A stretch of 60,097 nucleotides of DNA, filler included, from 6 parts of 6 records of this genome joined end to end with filler, not necessarily neighbours in it; one strand, 5' to 3'; shown: positions 9,900-21,605, counted from the whole stretch's first letter. Program-made: numbers and translations. Notes: generated by a model not told the origin, from the letters alone.

Positions 9900-10946
9900 A
9901 TGACCACTTACAAACTCGCATTGATCCCCGGTGACGGCATCGGCGTTGACGTGACCGACGCGGCGATGACCGTGCTGGACGTTGCGGCCAAACGGTTCGG
10001 CTTTGCACTGGAGCCGCAGACCTTTCCGTGGTCCTGCGACTATTACGTCAAGACCGGCGCGATGATGCCCGCAGACGGGATCGAAACCCTGCGCGGCTTT
10101 GATGCGATCTTTCTGGGCGCCGTTGGCTGGCCCGACACGGTGCCGGACTCGGTGTCGCTGCACGGGCTGCTGCTGCCGATCCGCAAGGCGTTTGACCAAT
10201 ACGCCAACATCCGCCCCCACCGTCTGTTGGCGGGGGTCGAGGGGCCGTTGAAGGCGTCCGAGTTCGACATCCTGTGCATCCGCGAAAACACCGAAGGCGA
10301 ATATTCCGGTGCCGGCGGGCGCGTGCATCAGGGCAAGGGCAACGAGGTTGCTGTAGAGACGTCCGTATTCACCCGCGTGGGCGTTGAACGGATCCTGCGG
10401 TTCGGCTTTGAACAGGCACAGGCGCGGCGCAAGCATCTGACGTCGGTGACGAAATCAAACGCGCAGAAATATTCGATGGTGTTCTGGGACGAGGTCACGC
10501 GCGAACTGGCCGCCGAATACCCCGAGGTGACCGTCAGCCACATGCACATCGACGCGATGGCGGCAAAGATGGTGATGAACCCGCAAGATCTGGACGTGGT
10601 CGTGGCGTCGAACCTGTTTGGTGACATCCTGACCGATCTGGGGGCTGCCATTCAGGGCGGTCTGGGCTTTGCCGCCTCGGCCAACATTTGCCCCGACCGC
10701 TCTGGCCCGTCGATGTTTGAACCCGTGCACGGGTCGGCCCCCGATATTGCGGGCAAGAACATTGCCAACCCGATTGCCGCGATCTGGTCCGGTGCGCAGA
10801 TGCTGGAGCATCTGGGCGAGACAGACGCCGCCGCCGCCGTGCTGGGCGCGATCGAAGCCGCAACCGCCAAGGGGATCGGCACGCGTCAGGGCCAGAACAC
10901 AACCGATGACATAACAGCGGCCATTTGCGCCGCGCTGGAGGTTTGA
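9900..10946 (+). CDS. ttuC: Tartrate dehydrogenase/decarboxylase (D-malate dehydrogenase family)
   Basis: IPGDGIG, RENTEGEY, TKSN, SNLFGDILTD, FEPVHGSAPDIAG. Confidence 0.8.
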   Translation: MTTYKLALIPGDGIGVDVTDAAMTVLDVAAKRFGFALEPQTFPWSCDYYVKTGAMMPADGIETLRGFDAIFLGAVGWPDTVPDSVSLHGLLLPIRKAFDQYANIRPHRLLAGVEGPLKASEFDILCIRENTEGEYSGAGGRVHQGKGNEVAVETSVFTRVGVERILRFGFEQAQARRKHLTSVTKSNAQKYSMVFWDEVTRELAAEYPEVTVSHMHIDAMAAKMVMNPQDLDVVVASNLFGDILTDLGAAIQGGLGFAASANICPDRSGPSMFEPVHGSAPDIAGKNIANPIAAIWSGAQMLEHLGETDAAAAVLGAIEAATAKGIGTRQGQNTTDDITAAICAALEV

Positions 10947-10948
10947 AC

Positions 10949-12427
10949 ATGACCGTGCACCACCCCATCACCGCCGACCTGCGCAGCCGTCTGGCTGACC
11001 CCGATCTGTTCCGCGAGGCCGCGCTGATCGACGGCAAGTGGATTGCCCGCGCCGATATGCCCGTCACCAACCCTGCGACAGGGGACGTGATGGGGCATAT
11101 GCCCGACAGCACCGCCGAGGAAACCACCGCCGCCATTGCTGCCGCTGAACAGGCGATGAAAGGCTGGCGCGCGCGCACCCACGCGGAGCGGGCTGACATT
11201 CTGATGGTCTGGTATCAGCTGATGCTGGATCATGCCGACGATCTGGCGCAAATCCTGACCGCAGAGCAAGGCAAACCACTGGCAGAGGCGCGCGGCGAGA
11301 TCCTTTATGGCGCATCCTTTGTGCGCTGGTTCGCCGAAGAGGGACGGCGGATCAACGGGCACATCATCCCGTCGCCGGTCGCGGGCAAGAAGCTGTTTGC
11401 CATGAAGGAACCCGTTGGGGTCTGTGCGATCATCACGCCGTGGAATTTTCCCAACGCGATGATCACGCGCAAGGTTGCACCGGGGCTGGCCGCTGGCTGT
11501 ACCATGGTGATCAAGCCGTCCGACTTTACGCCCTATTCCGCACTGGCGCTGGGTGTGCTGGCCGAACGGGCGGGCATTCCCGCAGGTGTGCTGAACATCC
11601 TGACAGGTCGCCCCGAAGTGATCGGTGCGACGCTGACGGCATCGCCGGTGGTGCGCAAACTGTCATTCACCGGATCGACCCGCATTGGGGCATTGCTGGC
11701 AGAACAATGCGCGCCGACGCTGAAGAAAATGTCGCTGGAGCTGGGCGGCAACGCGCCATTCATCGTGTTTGACGACGCCGACCTGGATGCGGCGGTCGAG
11801 GGCGCGATGCTGTCGAAATTCCGCAACGGCGGGCAAACCTGCGTGTGCGCAAACCGCATTCTGGTGCAGTCGGGCATTCACGATGCTTTTGTTGCGGCCC
11901 TGGCAAAACGTGTGGATGCGTTGACGGTTGGCCCCGGCACGGCAGAGGGGACGATGATCGGCCCGATGATCAACGCCGCGGCCATCGCCAAGATCAACGC
12001 CCATGTGGACGACGCGCTGTCCAAAGGGGCCAGCCGCGCGACAAGGACCCGTGATCTGGGTGCGCATTACGCCGATCCTGTTGTGCTGACCGGAGCGACC
12101 ACCGACATGCAACTGGCGGGTGAGGAAACCTTTGGTCCCGTGGCGCCGATCTTCAAGTTCGAGACCGAAGCCGAGGCGCTGGAGATTGCCAACGGCACGC
12201 CCTTTGGTCTGGCGGCCTATTTCTTTACCACCAACATGGCCCGCGCATTCCGCTTTGGCGAGGCGTTGGAAGTGGGGCTGGTTGGGCTGAACACCGGAGT
12301 TGTCAGTCACGCCGAAGCACCGTTCGGGGGCGTGAAATCCTCGGGGCTGGGCCGCGAAGGCGCGCAGGAGGGGATCGAAGAGTACCTTGAAACCAAAGCC
12401 TTCCATTTTGGCGGGTTGGACGCCTGA
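10949..12427 (+). CDS. gabD: NAD(P)-dependent succinate-semialdehyde dehydrogenase
   Basis: PWNFPNAMITRK, ELGGNAPF, KFRNGGQTCVC, EETFGP. Confidence 0.88.
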   Translation: MTVHHPITADLRSRLADPDLFREAALIDGKWIARADMPVTNPATGDVMGHMPDSTAEETTAAIAAAEQAMKGWRARTHAERADILMVWYQLMLDHADDLAQILTAEQGKPLAEARGEILYGASFVRWFAEEGRRINGHIIPSPVAGKKLFAMKEPVGVCAIITPWNFPNAMITRKVAPGLAAGCTMVIKPSDFTPYSALALGVLAERAGIPAGVLNILTGRPEVIGATLTASPVVRKLSFTGSTRIGALLAEQCAPTLKKMSLELGGNAPFIVFDDADLDAAVEGAMLSKFRNGGQTCVCANRILVQSGIHDAFVAALAKRVDALTVGPGTAEGTMIGPMINAAAIAKINAHVDDALSKGASRATRTRDLGAHYADPVVLTGATTDMQLAGEETFGPVAPIFKFETEAEALEIANGTPFGLAAYFFTTNMARAFRFGEALEVGLVGLNTGVVSHAEAPFGGVKSSGLGREGAQEGIEEYLETKAFHFGGLDA

Positions 12428-12450
12428 GGTATCAGGATCGCTGAGAAACG

Positions 12451-12484
12451 AGGGGCGAGGACCGAAAGGCTCCTTGCCCCTTTT
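12451..12484 (+). terminator. Rho-independent terminator
   Basis: AGGGGCGAGGA...TCCTTGCCCCT stem followed by a T-run, after gabD. Confidence 0.7.
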
Positions 12485-12589
12485 GCTTTAGGGCGCTCTG
12501 TTCTTGCGGTATGTGCCGTGCTTTGAAATGTGTGTTTTTCGCCTTCGGCGAGGATATTTGAGGCCAAAAGAAACAAAGGGGCGTGGACC

Positions 12590-13192
12590 ATGCCGGATTT
12601 TTCATTCGAGCTTGAGATCGGGGGCCGCGTGGCCGGCGTGGACGAAGTGGGGCGCGGGCCGCTGGCGGGGCCGGTGATGGCCGCCGCCGTGGTGCTGAAC
12701 CCCGATGATATCCCGGATGGGCTGAATGATTCAAAGGCGCTGAGCGCGAAGCGGCGTGAGGCGCTTTATACCGAGTTGATGGCGCGGGCCGATGTGTCGG
12801 TGGGCAGTGCCTCGGTCGAGGAAATTGACGAACACAACATCCTGCGCGCCTCGCACATTGCCATGATGCGCGCGATTGCTGGCCTGTCTGTGCCGCCCGA
12901 TCATGTGCTGATTGACGGGAACATGGTGCCGCGCGGACTCAACCTGGCGGCGACCACGGTGATCAAGGGCGACGCCCGGTCCCTGTCGATTGCGGCGGCC
13001 TCAATTGTGGCAAAAATCAGGCGCGATCGGCTGATGGTGGATTTGGCGCAACAGCATCCGGGCTATGGCTGGGAAACGAACATGGGTTATCCGTCAAAAA
13101 GCCACAGAGAGGCGTTGCAGATAATTGGTGTGACCCCACACCATAGACGTTCGTTCAAACCTGTACACAATATCTTGTATCAAGAGAAATAG
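12590..13192 (+). CDS. rnhB: Ribonuclease HII
   Basis: GVDEVGRGPLAGPV, LNDSK, IAAASIVAK, HRRSF. Confidence 0.95.
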   Translation: MPDFSFELEIGGRVAGVDEVGRGPLAGPVMAAAVVLNPDDIPDGLNDSKALSAKRREALYTELMARADVSVGSASVEEIDEHNILRASHIAMMRAIAGLSVPPDHVLIDGNMVPRGLNLAATTVIKGDARSLSIAAASIVAKIRRDRLMVDLAQQHPGYGWETNMGYPSKSHREALQIIGVTPHHRRSFKPVHNILYQEK

Positions 13193-13238
13193 TTAAGCAA
13201 TTGATTCAATAAAGAAATTGACCGCGAATCAGCTTTGA

Positions 13239-13984
<746 letters not shown>

Positions 13985-14084
13985 NNNNNNNNNNNNNNNN
14001 NNNNNNNNNNNNNNNNNNNNNNNNNNNNTTAATTAATTAANNNNNNNNNNNNNNNNNNNNNNNNNNNNNNNNNNNNNNNNNNNN
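13985..14084. other. Artificial contig linker (N44-TTAATTAATTAA-N44)
   Basis: Six-frame stop spacer; genes truncated on both sides. Confidence 0.98.
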
Positions 14085-14518
14085 CCTTTGGCAACTTCCT
14101 GGGCAAATGTCGGGCCAGACAGAACCGCAACCGGAACATCGCCAAGCGTTTCGTTCACGACCTGCGCCATAAGCGCACCGGTCCCTTTTTCGATCCCTTT
14201 GGCGCAAATAACGGCAGGAAGCGTTTCGGGCCAATGCGGGGCAAGCTTGATCAAAGTGCTTCGAAGATGCTGTGCCGGTGTAACCAGAAGAACTGCGTCT
14301 GACTCTCTCAATCCATCAATCGCAATTGTCGCTCTTAATGCTTTCGGAAGCTTTATGCCGGGCAGGTAGACGTCATTTTCACCCGATGTATCGATCCGTT
14401 CGGCCAACGCACGATCACGCAAAACAAGCTCAACATCAGCACCAGCCCGTACAGCCTGAATAGCCAGCGCAGTACCCCATGCGCCGCCGCCGATTACCGT
14501 TATGCGCTTATCCGACAT
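14085..14518 (-). CDS. gpsA: NAD(P)H glycerol-3-phosphate dehydrogenase, 5' part
   Basis: GGGAWGTALA, CAKGIE, LSGPTFA. Confidence 0.93.
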
Positions 14519-14572
14519 AGTTCTTCTCGACCCCGATGATAAATATTCGAACAGTTTGGCGTTTGGAGAAAC

Positions 14573-15631
14573 TCAGGCCTTCACGCCCGCACCCGGACGC
14601 TTTGGTGCCTCTGGGTCAAGCGGCCAGCGCGGTCGCGGCTTGAAATCCAGTTCGTCATGCTGACCGAGGCGAAAACGTTCCAACCCTGCCCAGGCAATCA
14701 TGGCGGCATTATCAGTACAAAGCTCCAACGGTGGCGCAACAAGCGTCATGCCGGCCTGATCGGTCAGTTCCGTCAAACGGGTCCGCAAATATTTGTTTGC
14801 CGCAACCCCACCGGCAAGCACCAAAGTCTTGCCCGTCGGATAATCGCGCATGAATTCGAAAATTGCATTCCTTGTCCGGTCAATAAGGGTATCCCCTACT
14901 GCCCGCTGGAACGAAGCAGCCAGATCAGCTTTGACTTCGGCAGTTTGCTGTTCGACAGGAAACCCGTCGAGATAGATGCGGACCGCAGTCTTCAAACCCG
15001 AAAACGAAAAATCACACCCGGGACGCCCGCGTAACGGTCGGGGCAGACCAAACCTGTCCGGGTTCCCGGCCTCCGCCGTTTTTTCAAGCGCAGGGCCGCC
15101 CGGATAACCAAGCCCCATCATTTTAGCGGTTTTGTCGAATGCTTCACCCACCGCGTCATCGATGGTCGTCCCGATACGCTTGTATTGGCCAACACCTTCA
15201 ACGATCAGGACCTGGCAATGACCGCCGGAAACCAGCAACAGCAGGTAAGGAAATGCAACATCATCCGTAAGGCGCACCGTAAGCGCATGACCTTCAAGAT
15301 GATTGACGGCCAGAAACGGCTTCTGGGCTGCAAAGGCAATCGCCTTCGCGGTCATGGCCCCCACCATAACGCCACCAATCAGACCGGGGCCACCTGTGCA
15401 GGCCACGGCATCAAGATCGGCAAAATCAACACCCGCATCATCCATCGCTTCGGCGACAAGACGGTCAAGATGTTCAAGATGCGCGCGTGCCGCAATTTCC
15501 GGAACAACACCACCATAAGGACGATGATCGTCAAGCTGCGAAAGCACCCTGTTGGACATAACCTCGCGCTTGTCATTCACGACAGCTGCTGCCGTTTCAT
15601 CACAACTGGTTTCGATACCCAATACGATCAT
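14573..15631 (-). CDS. tsaD: tRNA N6-threonylcarbamoyltransferase
   Basis: [42 protein letters not shown]. Confidence 0.96.
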   Translation of the reverse strand: MIVLGIETSCDETAAAVVNDKREVMSNRVLSQLDDHRPYGGVVPEIAARAHLEHLDRLVAEAMDDAGVDFADLDAVACTGGPGLIGGVMVGAMTAKAIAFAAQKPFLAVNHLEGHALTVRLTDDVAFPYLLLLVSGGHCQVLIVEGVGQYKRIGTTIDDAVGEAFDKTAKMMGLGYPGGPALEKTAEAGNPDRFGLPRPLRGRPGCDFSFSGLKTAVRIYLDGFPVEQQTAEVKADLAASFQRAVGDTLIDRTRNAIFEFMRDYPTGKTLVLAGGVAANKYLRTRLTELTDQAGMTLVAPPLELCTDNAAMIAWAGLERFRLGQHDELDFKPRPRWPLDPEAPKRPGAGVKA

Positions 15632-15894
15632 TTCTTGCAAATCCGGCAATAAGTCGCGTCAGATTGACGCATCCTGTGTGGGAAAATTCTGGCAGTGATG
15701 TAGCCTAAACAGCACCCGCTTTCCACCCCAAGGCAATGCATTTGCCCTATGCAGGAAAAACGTCAGAGAAAAAACACTACCACATAAGTCAATGAAACAG
15801 GGACATTCATCATTATAATCCGATCCGGTTTGGGTAAAGTGGCATACGCTACCGCCCTTGTTTTCAATCGGTTTTATGACTACAACTCGGGCTC

Positions 15895-16848
15895 ATGACA
15901 AACACATCTGATACCGTAAAACTCCGCATCGGCACACGTGGCTCTCCCCTGGCGATGGCTCAGGCGCATGAAGTCCGCGACAAGCTTGCGAACGCGCATC
16001 CCGAACTCGCCGCCGAAGGCGCGATTGCCATTACCGTTATTACAACGACGGGCGACAAGATTCTTGATCGCGCATTGTCGGAAATCGGTGGCAAGGGGTT
16101 ATTCACCAAGGAAATTGATGATGCCCTGATGGGTGGCGAGATTGATCTTGCTGTTCACAGTATGAAAGATGTGCCGACGGTGCTGCCAGATGGCATGATT
16201 TTGCCAACGATCCTGCCGCGCGAAGACGTGCGCGATGCGTTTATTTCTCTGAAATACAAAAGCTTTGCCGAAATGCCTGCGGGATCGGTGATCGGCTCGG
16301 CATCCTTACGCCGCCAAGCAATGATCCTTAATAAATATCCCGATCTCAAGGTTGTGACATTCCGTGGCAATGTCCAAACCCGCCTTCGCAAGCTTGAAGA
16401 GGGTCAGGTGGATGCAACACTTCTGGCAATGGCAGGTTTGAACCGGCTAAACCGTCCAGAAGTTGCAACTGCTGCAATTTCCGAGGACGACATGCTCCCC
16501 GCTGTTGCCCAAGGGGCAATCGGTATTACTATTCGCAAAACTGACAACCAGACGCACAACTGGCTTTCTGCCTTGAACTGCCCGGCATCGGCCATCCGCG
16601 TCGCGGCTGAACGCGCGGCGTTACGTGCGCTCGACGGTTCATGTCGCACCCCTATTGCTGCTCTTGCCGAATATCTCCCGGATGGCAGAATGCGTTTACG
16701 GGTCAGCATTGTGCGCCCGGATGGCAGCGAACGACTGGATACTGAACGAATGATTGATGACCCGGACCTGGCAAATGCCGCAGCCGCCGGAACCGATGCC
16801 GGTAACGAGCTCAAAGAACGTGGCGGGTCAGACTTTATCTCGGCCTAG
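15895..16848 (+). CDS. hemC: Hydroxymethylbilane synthase
   Basis: GTRGSPLA, GGKGLFTKE, VHSMKDVP, RGNVQTRL, GSCRTP. Confidence 0.96.
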   Translation: MTNTSDTVKLRIGTRGSPLAMAQAHEVRDKLANAHPELAAEGAIAITVITTTGDKILDRALSEIGGKGLFTKEIDDALMGGEIDLAVHSMKDVPTVLPDGMILPTILPREDVRDAFISLKYKSFAEMPAGSVIGSASLRRQAMILNKYPDLKVVTFRGNVQTRLRKLEEGQVDATLLAMAGLNRLNRPEVATAAISEDDMLPAVAQGAIGITIRKTDNQTHNWLSALNCPASAIRVAAERAALRALDGSCRTPIAALAEYLPDGRMRLRVSIVRPDGSERLDTERMIDDPDLANAAAAGTDAGNELKERGGSDFISA

Positions 16849-16888
16849 TCGGCTTAATTGCGCGATCTGGAATATCAGCGGGGAGACT

Positions 16889-17611
16889 ATGGGACCATTG
16901 ATCCTCAATACCCGACCAGAAGCCGACTCGCAGGAACTCGAAACCACGCTTCTGCAACGTGGTTATCGCCTGCTTTCGGCGCCGATGTTGCGGATCGAGT
17001 TTCCCCAAAACCCGGATCAGCTTGATCTTGCTGATGTGCAGGCATTGATATTTACCTCTGCCAATGGTGTGCGTGCCTTTACCCGGCAATGTGATGACCG
17101 GCTTTATCCGGCTTTGTGTGTAGGTGATGCCACTGCGCGCACCGCACAACAGGCCGGTTTCACCGATATACGAAGTGCTAACGGTGACATTCACGATTTG
17201 GCACGCCTGATCAAAGATCAGATTGATCCGACAAACGGGGCGTTATTCCATCCTGCCGCCCGCAAGGTCGCCGGAGATCTGGGATCACTTTTGCGAGACG
17301 GAAACTTCGATATCCGAAGGCAAACCATGTATGATGCCGTTCCGTCCGATTGTCTTCCAGATGAGGTCGTCAGCGCGATTTCTGCCCATCATATTGATGC
17401 AGTTTTATTTTTCTCTCCCCGAACGGCGGAAAGCTTTGTTAAGCTGATTGAAAGACACAAGCTGCAAAAAGATCTGGTCGGTACACGTGCAATTTGTCTG
17501 AGTTCGGCAGTGCAAGATCGCCTAAGCGTCCTTACATGGCTAAAGACAGAAGTGGCAAAACACCCGACACAGGAATACCTTCTTTCGGCACTAGAGAACG
17601 CATTCGCCTGA
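16889..17611 (+). CDS. hemD: Uroporphyrinogen-III synthase
   Basis: ILNTRP, FTSANGV, VGDATA, FFSPRTA; follows hemC. Confidence 0.9.
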   Translation: MGPLILNTRPEADSQELETTLLQRGYRLLSAPMLRIEFPQNPDQLDLADVQALIFTSANGVRAFTRQCDDRLYPALCVGDATARTAQQAGFTDIRSANGDIHDLARLIKDQIDPTNGALFHPAARKVAGDLGSLLRDGNFDIRRQTMYDAVPSDCLPDEVVSAISAHHIDAVLFFSPRTAESFVKLIERHKLQKDLVGTRAICLSSAVQDRLSVLTWLKTEVAKHPTQEYLLSALENAFA

Positions 17612-17665
17612 CTTTTCCGCGCCAAGTGGTGTCTCGGAACAACCGCAAACTGCAATGGTCCGACC

Positions 17666-19189
17666 GTGAAAAAACCAGAAACGCCAAAAACCCACGCTTC
17701 CACAGACCCAGCCGAGACAAAATCCGGCTCGTCCGAAACCATTTCCATTGATAGCAAGGGCAATGCAAATATTGCCAAAGAACCTGCTGATCACAAGCCG
17801 GGAACGACGTCGGGTGGGTCAGAAGGTGCGAAACCTTCATCCACGTCAAACGCTACCTCAAAGTCAGACAGCCAGAAGTCCGGCTCCAAAACGGCAGATG
17901 CAAAACCTGAAATCAAACCGGGTATGAGCCAAAAGACTGCTTCCGACAAGCAAGCCACAGACAAGACAGACAAAACCGTGCAAAAAAAGCGTGGTGGTCG
18001 CGCGATCCTGTTGTTTGTGATCATTATTGCCGGTGCTTTGGTCACCGGATGGCTGACACGTACCCTTTGGTGGCATGACGCGGAACCCGTCCTGAGCCAG
18101 TATGTGCCTGCTGAAATCCTGGCGGAGATCACACCGGCAGAAGTGGCGGATAACCAATCGTCAGGAACTGGTAACGAGCCGACAACCGATAGTGCCACAC
18201 CATCCACATCTGCCAATGATGCACCCGGAACTTCATCAAGCATAACGCCTGGTGCGCCGGAACGTGACGATGCAATGATCGGCAATGAAGACAACCTGTC
18301 TGAGCCGACAGACAATGCTTTTGCCCGCAATGAAAAAGCACCATCAGAAGGTGATGAAACAGTCGTCGTCGATACGGCATTGACCGAACGCCTGTCACGT
18401 CTCGAAGGTACAATCAACGCCTTGCGTGAACGCCTTGACAGTGAACGCGGCGATTCGCTGAACTCCACGGTTGCACGCCGGATGGCAGAAATTGAAACCC
18501 GCACCGCACCGATTGAAGAACTGGCACGGGTCGAAGCCGAACTTTCTGGTGTTGCAGCAGAAATGCGCGATCTGTCAGCACGTCTGTCAACCATGGAAGA
18601 AGAAGTGCGGGCAACTGCCGGTCTTCGGGTTGAAAGCCGTGGCCAAGCCATTGCCATGGCCGTTACGATCCTGCGCGATGCCGTGCAGCGCGGCGGATCG
18701 TTTATGATCGCGCTTAATCAGCTGGAACGCAGCGGCTCGGACGATCCCGTCATTGCAGAACAGATATCAGCCCTGAAACCGCTTGCGGATCGTGGCGCGC
18801 CCACCATCGAAAAGCTGCGCCAGTCATTTCCGGCAATGGCACAGAAAGCCGTGCAGGCATCAAGTGACGACCATTCCGGTAGTGTTCTTGATGCGACCTG
18901 GGCCAATATCAAAAAACTGATCCCGGTTCGGCGTATTGATGTTGTCGGCGAAGAATCGCTCGATGGACGTTTGGTGACCGCAGAAACAGCGCTTGAAAGT
19001 GATGATCTTGATGGTGCGATTGCCGCCCTTGATGGTATCGAAGGTGACAATGCCAAGGCCGCCGTCAACGAGTGGCTTGAAGACGCCAAAAGCCGTCAGG
19101 TGTTGAACGGTGCCATCGCAACGCTCAGTGCACATGCGATCAATCTTCTGACCGGTGATGGGTCCGCAAATACGGGGGACAGCCAATGA
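17666..19189 (+). CDS. COG4223 / alphaproteobacterial Mic60 (mitofilin-like) membrane protein
   Basis: Disordered N-terminus, single TM, coiled coil, C-terminal AE.AL..DDL..A...L...WL..A..R; located between hemD and hemY. Confidence 0.75.
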   Translation: MKKPETPKTHASTDPAETKSGSSETISIDSKGNANIAKEPADHKPGTTSGGSEGAKPSSTSNATSKSDSQKSGSKTADAKPEIKPGMSQKTASDKQATDKTDKTVQKKRGGRAILLFVIIIAGALVTGWLTRTLWWHDAEPVLSQYVPAEILAEITPAEVADNQSSGTGNEPTTDSATPSTSANDAPGTSSSITPGAPERDDAMIGNEDNLSEPTDNAFARNEKAPSEGDETVVVDTALTERLSRLEGTINALRERLDSERGDSLNSTVARRMAEIETRTAPIEELARVEAELSGVAAEMRDLSARLSTMEEEVRATAGLRVESRGQAIAMAVTILRDAVQRGGSFMIALNQLERSGSDDPVIAEQISALKPLADRGAPTIEKLRQSFPAMAQKAVQASSDDHSGSVLDATWANIKKLIPVRRIDVVGEESLDGRLVTAETALESDDLDGAIAALDGIEGDNAKAAVNEWLEDAKSRQVLNGAIATLSAHAINLLTGDGSANTGDSQ

Positions 19190-20619
19190 TCCGTCTTGGC
19201 CTGTTCATTCTGATAACTGCAATTCTGGTCACCTGCACGGTCTGGTTTGCCAATAATCCCGGTACAATGACCATCGTCTGGCTCGGCTACAGGTTTGATG
19301 GCTCTATTGGCATGGTCGCCCTTGGCCTTCTTGTTCTGACCGGGGTTCTGGTCATCCTTTGGCGCTGTTGGTCCGCCATTGCCAACTCTCCCAATTGGCT
19401 TGGCCGTATTCTGGGCAGTCGCCGTCGCAAAAAAGGTCAGCAGGCCCTTACCATGGGATTGCTGGAACTTGCATCTGGTGATGTTCGACAAGCATTGAAG
19501 CATACCCGTGCGGTCGACCGGTATCTTGAAGACGATACCCTGACCCGCCTGTTAACAGCCCAAGCAGCCGAACTTGACGGAAACAACGAGGCTGCCAAAC
19601 GTCAATTTGAAGCAATGCTGGAAAAGCCTGATTCAGCATTTTTCGGGTTGCGCGGTTTACTGCAGTTATCGCTGAAGTCCGATAACCGGTCGGAGGCACT
19701 CGATTATGCGGAACGGGCCCACCGCCTGCGTCCGCGCAATCCGTCCGTGCTTGTAACGTTATTTGATTTGTTACTGGGTGCAAAACGCTGGGACCGGGCC
19801 CTGACCCTGCTGGTGGATGCCCAAAAGGCAGATATCTTTAACGAAGATGAACTGACACGTCGCCGCGCACTTCTGATTACAGCCAAAGCCGAAGACGCAA
19901 TAACGGATGGTGAAAATGCCGAAGCCATCAAACTTTTGCGCAAAGCTTTGAACGCGCGCCCGGACTTTACCGGTGCGGCTGTTCTTCTGGCTAGGCTTTA
20001 TGCCGACATTGATCAGCCTGCGAAAGCGCGCGACGTTGCCCAGCAAAGCTGGCAGACATCACCATCCGCGGCCTTGGGTAAAATCTATCTGGACAGTCTT
20101 TCCGAAGACGCCTTGGCAAAAGTCAAAGCTGTCGAGAAGCTGATTGCCGCCAATCCGGAACATGTGGAAAGCCAGCTTTTGCTTGCCGAAGCCGCACTTT
20201 CTGCCGATTTGTGGGGCATGGCACGCAGCAACCTGGAAAAGGCCATCGCCCAAAAGGCGCAGTCACGTCACTACCGTCTTCTGGCTGATCTGGAATTCCG
20301 TGAAAAGAAAGATGCCGCAAAAGCACGTGAACTGCTGGTAAGGGCAAGTCACGCCAATCCCGACCCCGGCTGGCGGTGCGGCGCATGTGGTACGGAAACA
20401 GATAAATGGGCAGTTACCTGCCCGTCCTGTCATTCCTTTGGCAGCATTGACTGGCGGGCACCGATGCGCGTGCATAATGATCAGCCCGCTTCCGATCCGG
20501 CAACGCCAAAACAGCCCGCCGCCATAAAGCGGGATGGGGCAATGATCGAAAACTCCGATCCGATTGATAAAACTGTGAACAGCAGCGCAAAAGGGGAACA
20601 TCCAGCAACGGCTGTTTGA
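19186..20619 (+). CDS. hemY: HemY-like TPR membrane protein
   Basis: Two N-terminal TMs (W..NNPG.M.I.WLGY), TPR helices, C-terminal CxxC..CPSC. Confidence 0.88.
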   Translation: MIRLGLFILITAILVTCTVWFANNPGTMTIVWLGYRFDGSIGMVALGLLVLTGVLVILWRCWSAIANSPNWLGRILGSRRRKKGQQALTMGLLELASGDVRQALKHTRAVDRYLEDDTLTRLLTAQAAELDGNNEAAKRQFEAMLEKPDSAFFGLRGLLQLSLKSDNRSEALDYAERAHRLRPRNPSVLVTLFDLLLGAKRWDRALTLLVDAQKADIFNEDELTRRRALLITAKAEDAITDGENAEAIKLLRKALNARPDFTGAAVLLARLYADIDQPAKARDVAQQSWQTSPSAALGKIYLDSLSEDALAKVKAVEKLIAANPEHVESQLLLAEAALSADLWGMARSNLEKAIAQKAQSRHYRLLADLEFREKKDAAKARELLVRASHANPDPGWRCGACGTETDKWAVTCPSCHSFGSIDWRAPMRVHNDQPASDPATPKQPAAIKRDGAMIENSDPIDKTVNSSAKGEHPATAV

Positions 20620-20646
20620 CCCTGATATCCATCCACTGAACACAAG

Positions 20647-20683
20647 AAACAGGCCGCAGACATAAAATGTCTGCGGCCTGTTT
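20647..20683. terminator. Bidirectional terminator between hemY and purH
   Basis: Perfect 17-bp inverted repeat AAACAGGCCGCAGACAT-AAA-ATGTCTGCGGCCTGTTT. Confidence 0.85.
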
Positions 20684-20704
20684 GCTTAAGGTTCAAACCA
20701 AAGA

Positions 20705-21476
20705 TTAATGGCGGAAGTGACGCATACCGGTAAACACCATGGCAATACCGTGTTCATCGGCAGCCGCAATGACTTCTTCGTCACGCATTGAACCGCCCGG
20801 CTGAATAACCGCTGTGGCACCGGCATTGACTGCGGCCAGCAATCCGTCTGCAAACGGGAAGAACGCATCAGACGACACGACCGACCCCTTGGTGCGCAAT
20901 TCGCCTTCACCCGCATTTTTACCGGCTTCTTCGGCTTTCCATGCGGCAATCCGTGAACTGTCAACACGGCTCATCTGGCCGGCACCCACACCAACCGTTT
21001 TACCGTCTTTGACATAAACAATCGCGTTTGATTTGACGTGCTTGCCAACACGGAAGGCAAACAGCAAATCATCAAGTTCGGCTTCGGTCGGCTTGCGCTT
21101 GGTGACGACTTTAAGCGCGTCACGCTTTACACGACCCGCATCGCGGTTCTGAAGAAGATATCCACCTGCCAGCGACCGAAGCGTCATGTCTTCACCTTCC
21201 GGATCCGCCATGCCACCGGTCACCAGAAGACGCAGGTTCTTCTTCGCTGCCAGGACTTCCTTCGCCGCGTCATCGGCATCCGGGCAGATCACGACTTCGG
21301 CAAACAGTTTGGCGATTTCTTCGGCAGTGGCTTTATCAAGAGTACGGTTAACGGCAATGATGCCGCCAAAGGCCGAAACCGGATCACAAGACAGGGCCTT
21401 GTTATAGGCTTCAATCAGAGTTGCCCCCTCGGCAACGCCACACGGATTGGCGTGCTTGATGATGGCAACAGCCGGT
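20705..21476 (-). CDS. purH: Bifunctional AICAR transformylase/IMP cyclohydrolase, 3' part
   Basis: [39 protein letters not shown]. Confidence 0.96.
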
Positions 21477-21576
21477 NNNNNNNNNNNNNNNNNNNNNNNN
21501 NNNNNNNNNNNNNNNNNNNNTTAATTAATTAANNNNNNNNNNNNNNNNNNNNNNNNNNNNNNNNNNNNNNNNNNNN
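21477..21576. other. Artificial contig linker
   Basis: N44-TTAATTAATTAA-N44. Confidence 0.98.
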
Positions 21577-21605
21577 TCCTGGTTCGAATCCAGGTTCCCC
21601 AGCCA
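21577..21605 (+). tRNA. 3' fragment of a tRNA, probably tRNA-Gln (gene end or att copy)
   Basis: T-arm CCTGG-TTCGAAT-CCAGG, acceptor strand TTCCCCA, discriminator G, CCA; anticodon not visible. Confidence 0.75.

Noticed and set aside
14029-14040. TTAATTAATTAA recurring five times as a possible repeat or att site
   Set aside because: Always centred in N44 runs; it is a synthetic six-frame stop linker
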